Origin: Chitinophagales bacterium
GTDB taxonomy: Bacteria; Bacteroidota; Bacteroidia; Chitinophagales; Chitinophagaceae
Direction of reading: 5' to 3'
Length of the DNA stretch: 61,438 bases
Assembly: GCA_038234405.1 (NCBI GenBank)
Contig: JBBQTZ010000001.1
Span: forward strand, 1-61,438
Position 1 is the first letter of the stretch, and each line of letters opens with the position of its first letter. Positions 1 through 10,335 of this stretch are shown piece after piece. The notes below the pieces were generated by a model, which did no database searches, had not been told where the DNA came from, and saw only the letters and a program-made list of their open reading frames with translations. The translations under genes and the position numbers were made by a program.

Positions 1-3000
1 GAATATTGGTAAGGGGCTGTTCCGCCAGAACCACTTGCAGTAATGGTTCCATCAGCATTGCCGCAGGTAGAATTTGTTTTTACAGCCGTTACAGTTGCGC
101 CATTTGAATTATTGATTGTCAGGGCAAAAGTGTTGGTACAATTACCAGCATCTTTGATAGTAATAGTATAGGCATTGGCAGCCAATCCAGTGAATATATT
201 GCTTGCCTGAAAATTCATTCCATCAATAGAATATTGGTAAGGTGTAGTTCCGCCAGTACCGCTTGCAGTAATGGTTCCATCAGCATTGCCACAGGTTGAA
301 TTTGTTTTTACAGCAGTTACAGTTGCGCCATTTACATTGTTGATTGTTACAGCAACAGTGTTGGTACAATTGTTAGCATCCTTAATGGTAACTGTGTAAG
401 TGTTTTCAGTCAACCCACTAAACACATTGCTTGTTTGAAAAGTAATCCCATCAATTGAAAACTGATAGGGTGTAGTTCCACTACTTCCAGTTGCAGTAAT
501 GGTTCCATTCGTATTGCCACAGGTTGAATTTGTTCTTACAGCAGTTACAGTTGCGCCGTTAGAATTACCAATTGTTACAGCAACAGTATTAGTGCAATTA
601 TTAGCATCCCTGATGGTAATAGCATAAAGTTTGGCAGCCAATCCGCTGAAAATATTGGAAGCCTGGAATGTTATCCCGTCAATTGAAAACTGATAGGGTG
701 TAGTACCTCCATTACCAGTTGCAGTAATGGTTCCATTCGCATTGCCACAGGTTGATGAATTTGGCGTTGCGGTTACAGTTGCACCATTTATATTGCTGAT
801 TGTTACAGCATCAGTATTGGTACAATTGTTAGCATCTTTAATGGTAACTGTGTAAGTGTTTTCAGTCAATCCACTAAACACATTGCTGACTTGAAAAGTA
901 ATCCCGTCAATAGAATATTGGTAAGGTGTAGTTCCGCCAGTACCGCTTGCAGTAATGGTTCCATCAGCATTGCCGCAGGTTGAATTTGTTTTTACAGCCG
1001 TTACAGTTGCGCCGTTTAGATTACTAATTATTACAGCAACAGTATTGGTGCAATTATTAGCATCTTTAATGGTAACTGTGTAAGTGTTTTCAGTCAACCC
1101 ACTAAACACATTGCTTGTTTGAAAAGTAATCCCATCAATTGAAAACTGATAGGGTGTAGTTCCGCCATTTCCAGTTGCAGTAATGGTTCCATTCGCATTG
1201 CCACAGGTAGATGCAGTTGGCGTTGCTATTACAGTTGCACCATTTATATTGCTGATTGTTACGGCATCAGTGTTAGTGCAATTGTTAGCATCCTTGATGG
1301 TAATAACATAAGCATTGGCAGCCAATCCTGTAAATGAATTGCTGGCTTGAAAAGTAATCCCGTCAATAGAATATTGGTAAGGTGTAGTTCCACCAGTACC
1401 AGTTGCAGTAATGGTTCCATCAGCATTGCCGCAGGTTGAATTTGTTTTTACAGCAGTTACAGTTGCACCGTTTGAATTACTAATTGTTACAGCATCCGTG
1501 TTAGTGCAATTGTTAGCATCTTTAATGGTAACTGTGTAAGTGTTTTCATTTAATCCACTAAACACATTACTTGTTTGAAAAGTAATTCCATCAATTGAAA
1601 ACTGATAGGGTGTAGTTCCGCCATTTCCATTAGCAATTATGGTTCCATTCGCATTGCCACAAGTAGATGAATTTGGCGTTGCGGTTACAGTTGCACCATT
1701 TATATCGCTGATTATTACGGCATCAGTGTTAGTACAATTATTAGCATCTTTAATGGTAACTGTGTAGTTATTTACATTCAAGCCACTAAACACATTGCTT
1801 GTTTGAAAAGTAATTCCATCAATTGAAAACTGATAGGGTGTAGTTCCGCCATTTCCAGTTGCAGTAATGGTTCCATTCGCATTGCCACAGGTAGAGGCAG
1901 TTGGCATTGCTGTTACAGTTGCGCCATTTGTATTGTTGATTGTTAAATCAAAAGTGTTAGTGCAATTATTAGCATCTTTTATGGTAACTGTGTAGTTATT
2001 TGCAGTCAATCCATTGAATAAATTTAAAGCCTGGAAATTTATTCCATCAATTGAATATTGATAAGGCGTATTTCCACCAGTTCCAGTAGCAGTGATGGTT
2101 CCATCAGCCTGGCTGCAGGTTGAATTTGTTTTTACAGCAGTTACAGTTGCGCCATTTGTATTGTTGATTGTTAAATCAAAAGTATTAGTACAATTATTAG
2201 CATCCTTAATTGTAACAGTATAAGCATTAGCTGCCAATCCGCTGAAAACATTGGAAGCCTGAAAGGTTATTCCGTCAATAGAAAATTGGTAAGGCGTAGT
2301 TCCGCCAGTTCCGGTTGCAATGATGGTTCCATCAGCATTGCTGCAGGTTGAATTTGTTTTTACAGCAGTTACAGTTGCCCCATTTATATTACTAATTGTT
2401 GCAGCAACTTTATTGGTGCAACTGTTAGCATCTTTAATGGTAACGGTATAATTATTTGAAGATAATCCACTGAATACGTTGGATGCCTGAAAAATAATTC
2501 CATCAATAGAATACTGATAAGGCGCTGTTCCTCCAGTTCCAGTTGCAGTAATAGTTCCGTTGGCATAGCTACAGGTAGATTCAGTTGAAAAGGCTGTTAC
2601 AGTTGCCCCATTTGTATTACCTATTGTTGCAGCAACAGAATTGGTGCAATTATTAGCATCTTTAATGGTAACGGTATAATTATTTGAAGTCAAACTACTG
2701 AATACATTGGAAGCCTGGAATGTAATTCCATCAATTGAATATTGGTAAGGCACTGTTCCCCCAGTTCCGGTTGCAGTAATGTTACCATTCGCATTGCCAC
2801 AGGTAGATGCAGTTGGCATTGCTGTTACAGTTGCCCCGGCAGTATTTATGATAACTGCAGTAACAGTATTAGTACAATTGCCGGCATCTTTAATAGTAAC
2901 GGTGTAAGTATCAGGAGGCAATCCACTGAATACATTGGAAGCCTGAAATGTAATGCCATCAATCGAAAATTGATAGGTCGTAGTTCCGCCCAATCCCGTA

Positions 3001-6000
3001 GCAGTAATGGATCCATTCGCATTGCCACAAGTAGAATTTGATTTTACAGCAGTTACAGTTGCACCATTTGTATTGTTGATTGTTAAAGCAAAATTGTTAG
3101 TACAATTATTAGCATCTTTAATAGTAATTGTATAAGCTTTAGCTGCCAATCCACTGAAAACATTGGAAGCCTGGAAGGTAATTCCGTCAATTGAAAACTG
3201 GTAAGGGGTCAATCCTCCAAATCCAGTAGCAGTAATGGATCCATTCGCATTGCCACAGGTAGAATTTGATTTTACAGCCGTTACTGTTGCCCCTGCAGTA
3301 TTTGTGATAACTGCTGTAACTGTATTGATGCAATTATTTGAATCTTTAATGGTAACTGTATAGTTATTTGCTGCCAATCCATTGAATATATTAGACGACT
3401 GGAATGCAATACCATTAATCGAAAACTGATAGGGCGTAGTTCCTCCATTACCTGTAGCAGTGATGGAACCAGTAGCATTACCACAGATGGTATTTGTTTT
3501 TACAGCCGTAACAGTAGCCACAACGGTTGTTGTGATAACGCTAGCAACTGTATTGATGCAGTTGTTTGCATCTTTAATGGTAACTGTGTAGTTATTTGCA
3601 GTCAATCCATTGAATATATTGGAGGACTGAAATGCAATACCATTAATTGAAAACTGATAGGGCGTAGTTCCTCCATTACCGGTAGCAGTGATGGAACCAG
3701 TAGCATTACCACAGGTAGCATTTGTTTTTACAGCCGTAACAGTAGCACCGGTGATATTATTGATTGTAGCTGCAATAGTATTAGTACAACTGTTAGCATC
3801 TTTAATAGTAACGGTATAAGTAGTTGCAGCTAAACCACTAAAAACATTGCTTGCCTCAAAATTAACCCCATCAATAGAAAACTGGTAAGGCGTTGTTCCA
3901 CCAATACCTGTTGCAGTAAGGGTTCCATTTGAATTTCCACAGGTAGCATTTGTTTTTATCGCTGTTACAGTTGCCCCGGCAGTATTTGTAATAACAGCAG
4001 CAACTGTGTTAGTACAAGTGTTAGCATCTTTAATAGTAACGGTGTAAGTATTTGCAGCCAATCCAGTAAATATATTGGACGCCTGGAATGTAATTCCATC
4101 AATTGAAAACTGATAAGGAGTAGCTCCACTTGCTCCGGTAGCTGTAATAGTTCCATTAACATTACCACAAGTAGCATTTGTTTTTACAGCCGTTATGGTA
4201 GCCCTCACGGTAGCAACACCTACAGTTGCAGTGGTAGTGCTGCTACAACCTCTTTCATCTTTAGCCGAAATAGTATAAGCCCCTGTTGCTAAACCTGTAA
4301 AAATATTACTTGACTGAAATGCCCCCCCATCAATAGTGTAGGTAAGCCCGCCGGTTCCTCCGGTTGAAATAGCGGTGATGGTTCCGTCACTTGCATTACA
4401 AGATGCCGGTGAGGTGGTGCTGGAAATTGAGGGCCCGGCTAAGTTCAACAGCACAACTGGCAGCGTTTTAATACAGCCATTTGCATCTTTTACATATAAA
4501 ATATAATTGTTTGCAGCTAAATTAACCAAACTGGAGCTTGCCTGATAGGTAATTCCATTGGTTGAATATTCATAGGGAGGATTACCACCAAATGCCAATA
4601 CAGTAATGTTGCCATTATTAAATCCACAAGCTGCATTTACAATTGATGAGGTTAATTCCTGAGGTCCGCTTGTATTGGAAACTACAACTGACTTAACATT
4701 TAAGCAACCATTGGCATCCTTTACTGAAATGGTGTAAGTGCCTGGTAATAAGCCAGTAAAAATATTACTTACCTGAAAACTTATACCATTTACACTATAC
4801 TGCAATGCACCAGTTCCCCCACTTCCAGTGGCAATAATGGTTCCATTAGCACTGCCACATTTGGCAGCAGCAGAACTTAAACTTAATAAAGGGCCTGCAA
4901 TATTTAAAATAGATAGTGCAGTTTTGTTGATACACCCCCTGTTATCTTTAATACTTATTGTATAAAAACCTGCTGCCAACCCTGTAAATACATTGTTGCT
5001 TTGAAATATGCTACCATCAATACTATACTGATAAGGTTCTGTACCCATGCTACCTGCTGCAATAATTGCTCCATCACTTTTATTGCAGGAAGCCGAAACC
5101 GTAAATGCGATTACTGAGGGGAAAGCAGTTCTTAGTACGTTTGAAGTAATTTTGCTATAACAGCCATTTGCATCTTTTACATAAACTTCATAAGCACCGT
5201 CTGCCAAATTGGTAAAGTTTCCACTGTTTTGAAAATTAAGTCCGTCAATACTGTATTGCAAGGGAGCTACTCCTCCGGTAGCTGAAGCTGTAATGCTACC
5301 ATTTTTAAGATTACAGGAAGTGGCAATTGTTACTGCTGTAACATTTGGTACTGAAGGTGCTGTAATAGTTACAAAACTACTGTTCATACAACCGGTTCCG
5401 TCGGTTACAGTTACTTCGTAAATACCGGCTGTCAGATCAATAAAATCTCCTGTATTTTGAAAATTAATGCCATCTATACTGTATTGTAAAGGTGCAGTAC
5501 CTCCACTGCCTGCTGCGGTAATTGTACCTGTGTTGATGCTACAACTACTATTGGTTTTTGTGGTACTAAGTGATGGGCCATCTGTTGATGGAACTATTAT
5601 TGTAATGGTATCCAGGCATCCTCCGGGTATTATTGGCGGACCAATATCAAAGCCTTCATCATCTGCTAAAATGACGGTATAAGTTCCTGCCGCTAAGCCT
5701 GTTAAGGTATGTGTTGGATCAAAACTATCCCATGGGCCAGCAATACCATTTATGCTGGCATGATAGGGAGTGTTAGGTCCAATTCCTGTAAGTTGAATGG
5801 TACCATTATTTGTGTTGCAGGCTGTGCCTGTTACAATAGCTGATGCTGTTGATAAAACTGCATCAGCTATTGTAGCTAAGATTGTTTTTGTGCAGCCGTT
5901 TGCATCTTTCACTGTAACAGTATAAACACCAGGATTAAGATTTGTAAACTGCGAAGCGTTTGTGAAAGGGCCAAAATTTAAGCTAAATTCAAACGGACTA

Positions 6001-7950
6001 ATTCCTCCGGTAACATAAAAATTACTAAGCCTGCCCAAACTGCTATTACAAGTGTAAGCATTGCGTATTTTTAAACTGAATGCAGAAGGGCCTGTTCCTG
6101 TTCCTGCATTGGTAATGTTAACAGGCTGTGTAGTCTTACAGCCAACGGCATCTTTTACTGTAGCTGTATGGGTTCCGGGGGCAAGGTTTATAAAAGTTCC
6201 GCTACTTAAAAAAGTGAAATTGTTTATAGAATAAGTCAATGCTCCGGTACCACCACTGCCTGTTATTTTAATTATTCCATTACTGCCAGAGCAACTGGCA
6301 TCTGTAGAACTTACCATAATAACGGGTGCTGCAATTACCTCAATAGAGGCTGTAGTTGAAAGAATACAGCCATTTGCATCTTTTACAAATACAGTATAAG
6401 TATTGCCAGAAAGAGCTGAAAAAATATTACCAGCCTGATAATTAACACCATCTAAACTATACTGCAACGGAGCCAATCCTCCTGCCGCTTTAATAGTAAT
6501 TACACCATTGTTATTGGTACAGGAAGAATGGATGGTACTTGCGGAAAGCCTTAGCCCGGAAGTATTGGAAACTTCAACAACTGCAGTATTTATACATCCG
6601 GTAGCATCTTTAATTTTTACTGTGTAGCTGTTTGGTGCAAGTCCACTAAAAGTATTGCTTAACTGAAAACTAATTCCATCAAGGCTGTATTGTTTTGGAG
6701 ATGTACCTCCAACTGCATTAGCTGTAATTGTACCATTATTTACATTGCAGGAAGATGAAGTGGCAACAGCAGTTAACAATGGGCCTGCCGTATTATTTAC
6801 TCTAACCGGAACTGATATTAAACAACCGAAAACATCCTTTGCTATTGCAATGTATGTGCCTGCCGGAATGCCGGTTAAAACATTGCTGGCAAAAAAGTTT
6901 ACTCCATCATAACTATACTGAAAAGGTCCGCTACCCGTAACAGCTACAATAATACTGCCATTGCTTACATTACAGGAAGCAGTGGTAGAAGTAGCTGATA
7001 CAATTGGTCCGCCTGTGCTGGCAACATCTATACTGGTAATATTGGTACAGCCACTTGCGTCTTTTATTGTAATGGTATAAGTACCTGCAGCTAAACCATT
7101 AAAAATGTTACTTGTTGTAAAGGTAATTCCATTTATACTGTACTGTAATGGGGCTAAACCGCCTGTGCCGGTGGCGGTAATAGTTCCATTAATATTGTTA
7201 CAGGCAGCAGAAGTTGATGTTGCTGTAACTGTTGGTGCCGGCGAATTATCTATAGTAACAGTAGTGGTTTTAATACAGCCGATAGCATCTTTTACCGTAA
7301 CCGTATAGTTGCCGGGGGTAAGATTGTTGAAAATATTGCTTACCTGAAAAATGTTTCCATTGATACTGTATTCAAGTGGGGGAGTACCAGATGAACCAAC
7401 TGCTGTTATTTTACCATTACTACTTCCGCAGGTTGCTGTTGCAGGTATAGCTGTAATTTCTGGTGAAAAGCCGCTTATGATTGTTACAAATACGGCATTT
7501 GTACAACCAGTTGCATCTTTTACAATTAATGTATATTGGCCTGGCACCATACCGGTGAAAAAATTATAGCTCTGGAAAGTTGATCCATCAATACTATACT
7601 TTAATGGTGCGGTTCCGCCACTTGCACTAGCTGTAACAGTTCCGGTATTACTGCCACAGGTTGCGTTGGTTTTGGTAAAACTAAGGGTTGGCCCATTTGA
7701 ATTTAAAACGGTTACAGCTTTTATGCTACTACAGCCACCAGCATCTTTTACCGTTACTGAATAAATTCCTCCTGGTAGTAAGGAAAATAATCCACTTGCC
7801 TGAAAATTGCTACTATCAATACTATAGGTAAATGGCCCTGTACCGCCAGAACCTGCAGCAGTAATGGTTCCTGTGCTATTACCACAAGTAGTATTGGTGG
7901 TGGAAACAGTAAGTGCCGGACCAGGTAAAACAAAACTGGCTGTAGTTTGA
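1..7950 (-). repeat. Tandem coding repeats, ~228 bp (76 aa) period, roughly 35 units in the window
   Basis: GCAGTAATGGTTCC recurs at 37, 265, 493 (228-bp spacing). Units are very similar over ~1-4200 and more diverged over ~4200-7950. Confidence 0.9.
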
Positions 7951-10115
7951 GAACCACTGCAAATAAGGTTAACAGTGGCAACTATTTTGTAAGTTATGTT
8001 AGGGCTTAAACCGGAAAAATATCCGGTAGAATTAGTTTGTGTAATCGTCGTTCCATCGTAAAGTATATACGTAACGTTACTTCCCAATGGAGGTGCAGGG
8101 CTAATAGTAGCAGTTGCACTTGCTGTTAAACAATTGGCCAATATATTTAAAGTATAAAAAGAAGTAGGGCAATAAGCAGCTATATCAAAAGATGCAACAA
8201 ATCCATTGCCGCTTGCATATAGAATTCTTTGTGCTTCATTATAGGCAAGGTCATAAACTGAGTTACTCCCAAAGCCGGCAATAGCTAAATCTGGTGCAGC
8301 AGTATCATCAAAAATGGCTCCGGTAAATTTATAAACCTTGATAGTTCCGTTAGGAAAGCCGATAAAAATATTGTTGCATTCGTCAGCTACAATGCCACCT
8401 TGCATAAGTTTTGCATTGGCGGCTATGGTTAGGGGTGTTCCAACTCCAGCACCGGTTGCTTTGTCAAATGCTTTGAGGTTTTTGCCATCCCAATAAAATA
8501 GGTAAGATGAATTAAGTGCAAAAATGTTGGCCGAATTATCTGTCTGCACTCCGGTAAGGTATGGCCTGTTGGCTGCTTCCTGAACCGAAAAAAAACCAGA
8601 AGGGGTGCTCCATGCTACAGATGCACCACTGTAAGGAAAAGTGTTTTTATAAATTTTATTGTTTAGAGAAGGAGTGCCAATAAGAGAACTGTATAAAGTA
8701 TATACATCATTGTTGGCAGGGTCAAAAACAAAATCTACAATATCCTGTGCCCAGCCTGCGGTGCCTGTGTATGGAATGCCGGTAACATTTAAGGAACCTA
8801 TTGCAACATTGGGTGGTGTAAATGTTCCAAAATTAATGTTAGAATTGGTACCACCGCCTGCCACCAATATTTGGGGCGTTCCATTATTGCAATTCCAATA
8901 CATTTTCCAGGCTTCTTTAAAATTTGGATTGGCTGTGGTAATATAGTTATCATATAAACCAGTGGTGTTGATTCTTATAATCCTGAAGCCAGTTATAGAA
9001 TTAAAGCCTTGTCCAAGATATATATTACCTGTTGGTTTTTCTACCACCCATCCACCATAATAAGTTCCAAAATTCCATGATGGACTGGTTAATGTGCCAT
9101 TAAAAGTCCATTGCAAAATACCTGCAGCATTAAATTTTGATAGACTATGGCTAGTAATACCATCGCCACCTCCGGTTACATAAATATTACCTGCATAATC
9201 AAAATCAACATCCTTTGCTTTGCCGGCATTTGCTCCGGTTAAATTACCGGCAGAAGTTACAAATGGATCTATAATTAATGGCTTGCTTTGGTCGTAATTT
9301 TGAGGAAATAAAAAACTTATTTCATTCTCGTTAATTTTAAATGAAGTTTTTATTTCTTCAGTTTTATTGGTAGAAAATTCACTGCTATAAAAACTTACCG
9401 GTGCCGATACAGAAATGCCATTGATATCAGAAGTAATTAACAGGTTGCCATTGCGATCAGATTTTATATTTTTTACCTCCCCTCCATATTTCATTTTTAC
9501 AACACTTAGGTCTGCACCAGGCTTTACCAGCAGGCTATATTCAAAACCAGCCACTGAGTTTTTGGGAAACGAATAGACAATACTAATTCCGGGGTAAATA
9601 TTTTTATAGGTAATTTCTTTGTAGCCAAAAGCCTTGCCGGGCAACATGCCATATGTATAATAGTTGTTTGTTTTAGTTGATGTAATTATTTCAGCATCAA
9701 CATTGGCTCCTACCCATTCCATACTAATTGTACGATCGGTAACATGAGCTCTTCTTTCAATTTCTTGTTCTGGTAAATTCTGCTTTTCAAGTTTTTCTTC
9801 TTCTTGATGAGAAAGTTTTTCTACTTTTCTTTGTAAATGGATAATACCTTTTTTTGTAAATAAAATTGGCATACCTAAACCTTCATAGCCAAATTTAATT
9901 TCTCCCATATCCTCAAAAGATGCCATAGTTTTGCCATATTGCCCTATATTTTCAATAAAGGAATTATTAGAATTGAAAGCAGAATTGTTGTTACTAATGG
10001 ATTTTGCTACGGGGGTACTAATCGTTTGTGCAAACGATTGGCAGCAATTGCAGATAACCATAAACAGGCAAATCCACTTGCAAAGGTTAGTTTTGGAATA
10101 GTTAATTGACTTCAC
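1..10115 (-). CDS. Giant secreted SprB-repeat adhesin-like protein (partial, >3370 aa; C-terminus beyond the window edge); probable T9SS substrate
   Basis: GTG at 10115-10113, with an in-frame TAA at 10124-10122 upstream, gives MKSINYSKTNLCKWICLFMVICNCCQSFAQ (signal peptide). Next come a FIENIGQ-type N-terminal domain and a propeller-like region (DVDFDYAGNIYVTGGG), then repeats such as STCGNADGTITASGSGGTAPYQYSIDG..F.GL....Y..TIKDANNC. The frame at position 5 matches the frame at 10115 and the ORF track shows no closed ORF in this frame. Confidence 0.85.
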   Translation of the reverse strand, partial: MKSINYSKTNLCKWICLFMVICNCCQSFAQTISTPVAKSISNNNSAFNSNNSFIENIGQYGKTMASFEDMGEIKFGYEGLGMPILFTKKGIIHLQRKVEKLSHQEEEKLEKQNLPEQEIERRAHVTDRTISMEWVGANVDAEIITSTKTNNYYTYGMLPGKAFGYKEITYKNIYPGISIVYSFPKNSVAGFEYSLLVKPGADLSVVKMKYGGEVKNIKSDRNGNLLITSDINGISVSAPVSFYSSEFSTNKTEEIKTSFKINENEISFLFPQNYDQSKPLIIDPFVTSAGNLTGANAGKAKDVDFDYAGNIYVTGGGDGITSHSLSKFNAAGILQWTFNGTLTSPSWNFGTYYGGWVVEKPTGNIYLGQGFNSITGFRIIRINTTGLYDNYITTANPNFKEAWKMYWNCNNGTPQILVAGGGTNSNINFGTFTPPNVAIGSLNVTGIPYTGTAGWAQDIVDFVFDPANNDVYTLYSSLIGTPSLNNKIYKNTFPYSGASVAWSTPSGFFSVQEAANRPYLTGVQTDNSANIFALNSSYLFYWDGKNLKAFDKATGAGVGTPLTIAANAKLMQGGIVADECNNIFIGFPNGTIKVYKFTGAIFDDTAAPDLAIAGFGSNSVYDLAYNEAQRILYASGNGFVASFDIAAYCPTSFYTLNILANCLTASATATISPAPPLGSNVTYILYDGTTITQTNSTGYFSGLSPNITYKIVATVNLICSGSQTTASFVLPGPALTVSTTNTTCGNSTGTITAAGSGGTGPFTYSIDSSNFQASGLFSLLPGGIYSVTVKDAGGCSSIKAVTVLNSNGPTLSFTKTNATCGSNTGTVTASASGGTAPLKYSIDGSTFQSYNFFTGMVPGQYTLIVKDATGCTNAVFVTIISGFSPEITAIPATATCGSSNGKITAVGSSGTPPLEYSINGNIFQVSNIFNNLTPGNYTVTVKDAIGCIKTTTVTIDNSPAPTVTATSTSAACNNINGTITATGTGGLAPLQYSINGITFTTSNIFNGLAAGTYTITIKDASGCTNITSIDVASTGGPIVSATSTTASCNVSNGSIIVAVTGSGPFQYSYDGVNFFASNVLTGIPAGTYIAIAKDVFGCLISVPVRVNNTAGPLLTAVATSSSCNVNNGTITANAVGGTSPKQYSLDGISFQLSNTFSGLAPNSYTVKIKDATGCINTAVVEVSNTSGLRLSASTIHSSCTNNNGVITIKAAGGLAPLQYSLDGVNYQAGNIFSALSGNTYTVFVKDANGCILSTTASIEVIAAPVIMVSSTDASCSGSNGIIKITGSGGTGALTYSINNFTFLSSGTFINLAPGTHTATVKDAVGCKTTQPVNITNAGTGTGPSAFSLKIRNAYTCNSSLGRLSNFYVTGGISPFEFSLNFGPFTNASQFTNLNPGVYTVTVKDANGCTKTILATIADAVLSTASAIVTGTACNTNNGTIQLTGIGPNTPYHASINGIAGPWDSFDPTHTLTGLAAGTYTVILADDEGFDIGPPIIPGGCLDTITIIVPSTDGPSLSTTKTNSSCSINTGTITAAGSGGTAPLQYSIDGINFQNTGDFIDLTAGIYEVTVTDGTGCMNSSFVTITAPSVPNVTAVTIATSCNLKNGSITASATGGVAPLQYSIDGLNFQNSGNFTNLADGAYEVYVKDANGCYSKITSNVLRTAFPSVIAFTVSASCNKSDGAIIAAGSMGTEPYQYSIDGSIFQSNNVFTGLAAGFYTISIKDNRGCINKTALSILNIAGPLLSLSSAAAKCGSANGTIIATGSGGTGALQYSVNGISFQVSNIFTGLLPGTYTISVKDANGCLNVKSVVVSNTSGPQELTSSIVNAACGFNNGNITVLAFGGNPPYEYSTNGITYQASSSLVNLAANNYILYVKDANGCIKTLPVVLLNLAGPSISSTTSPASCNASDGTITAISTGGTGGLTYTIDGGAFQSSNIFTGLATGAYTISAKDERGCSSTTTATVGVATVRATITAVKTNATCGNVNGTITATGASGATPYQFSIDGITFQASNIFTGLAANTYTVTIKDANTCTNTVAAVITNTAGATVTAIKTNATCGNSNGTLTATGIGGTTPYQFSIDGVNFEASNVFSGLAATTYTVTIKDANSCTNTIAATINNITGATVTAVKTNATCGNATGSITATGNGGTTPYQFSINGIAFQSSNIFNGLTANNYTVTIKDANNCINTVASVITTTVVATVTAVKTNTICGNATGSITATGNGGTTPYQFSINGIAFQSSNIFNGLAANNYTVTIKDSNNCINTVTAVITNTAGATVTAVKSNSTCGNANGSITATGFGGLTPYQFSIDGITFQASNVFSGLAAKAYTITIKDANNCTNNFALTINNTNGATVTAVKSNSTCGNANGSITATGLGGTTTYQFSIDGITFQASNVFSGLPPDTYTVTIKDAGNCTNTVTAVIINTAGATVTAMPTASTCGNANGNITATGTGGTVPYQYSIDGITFQASNVFSSLTSNNYTVTIKDANNCTNSVAATIGNTNGATVTAFSTESTCSYANGTITATGTGGTAPYQYSIDGIIFQASNVFSGLSSNNYTVTIKDANSCTNKVAATISNINGATVTAVKTNSTCSNADGTIIATGTGGTTPYQFSIDGITFQASNVFSGLAANAYTVTIKDANNCTNTFDLTINNTNGATVTAVKTNSTCSQADGTITATGTGGNTPYQYSIDGINFQALNLFNGLTANNYTVTIKDANNCTNTFDLTINNTNGATVTAMPTASTCGNANGTITATGNGGTTPYQFSIDGITFQTSNVFSGLNVNNYTVTIKDANNCTNTDAVIISDINGATVTATPNSSTCGNANGTIIANGNGGTTPYQFSIDGITFQTSNVFSGLNENTYTVTIKDANNCTNTDAVTISNSNGATVTAVKTNSTCGNADGTITATGTGGTTPYQYSIDGITFQASNSFTGLAANAYVITIKDANNCTNTDAVTISNINGATVIATPTASTCGNANGTITATGNGGTTPYQFSIDGITFQTSNVFSGLTENTYTVTIKDANNCTNTVAVIISNLNGATVTAVKTNSTCGNADGTITASGTGGTTPYQYSIDGITFQVSNVFSGLTENTYTVTIKDANNCTNTDAVTISNINGATVTATPNSSTCGNANGTITATGNGGTTPYQFSIDGITFQASNIFSGLAAKLYAITIRDANNCTNTVAVTIGNSNGATVTAVRTNSTCGNTNGTITATGSSGTTPYQFSIDGITFQTSNVFSGLTENTYTVTIKDANNCTNTVAVTINNVNGATVTAVKTNSTCGNADGTITASGTGGTTPYQYSIDGMNFQASNIFTGLAANAYTITIKDAGNCTNTFALTINNSNGATVTAVKTNSTCGNADGTITASGSGGTAPYQY

Positions 10116-10260
10116 TAGGTTTTAATGTATTGGATAAAGATAAAATTTACAGGGAATTTTTGTGATATTTTTGATTTAGTAAGTTAAATCATTAATTGAA
10201 CAGGCAATATTGGCAACTGAATAAGATTTATTACATCACAATGAATTTTTAAGTGATAAC

Positions 10261-10303
10261 AAATAAAATGCGGTCAACCTGTACGTACAAGTAAAACCGC
10301 AAT
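10261..10303 (-). terminator. Probable intrinsic terminator after the ABC-F gene
   Basis: TGCGGT (10269-10274) pairs with ACCGCA (10296-10301); a T-rich tract follows on the minus strand. Confidence 0.45.
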
Positions 10304-10335
10304 AAATAAAAATATAAACAGAGAAGGAGAATCAG

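Noticed and set aside
1-7950. Regularly spaced repeats as a CRISPR array
   Set aside because: The period is 228 bp, a multiple of 3, with variation at synonymous positions; the repeats are protein-coding and there are no cas genes
2384-8946. Short ORFs in the track within the first 9 kb
   Set aside because: Off-frame or antisense shadows of the giant minus-strand ORF
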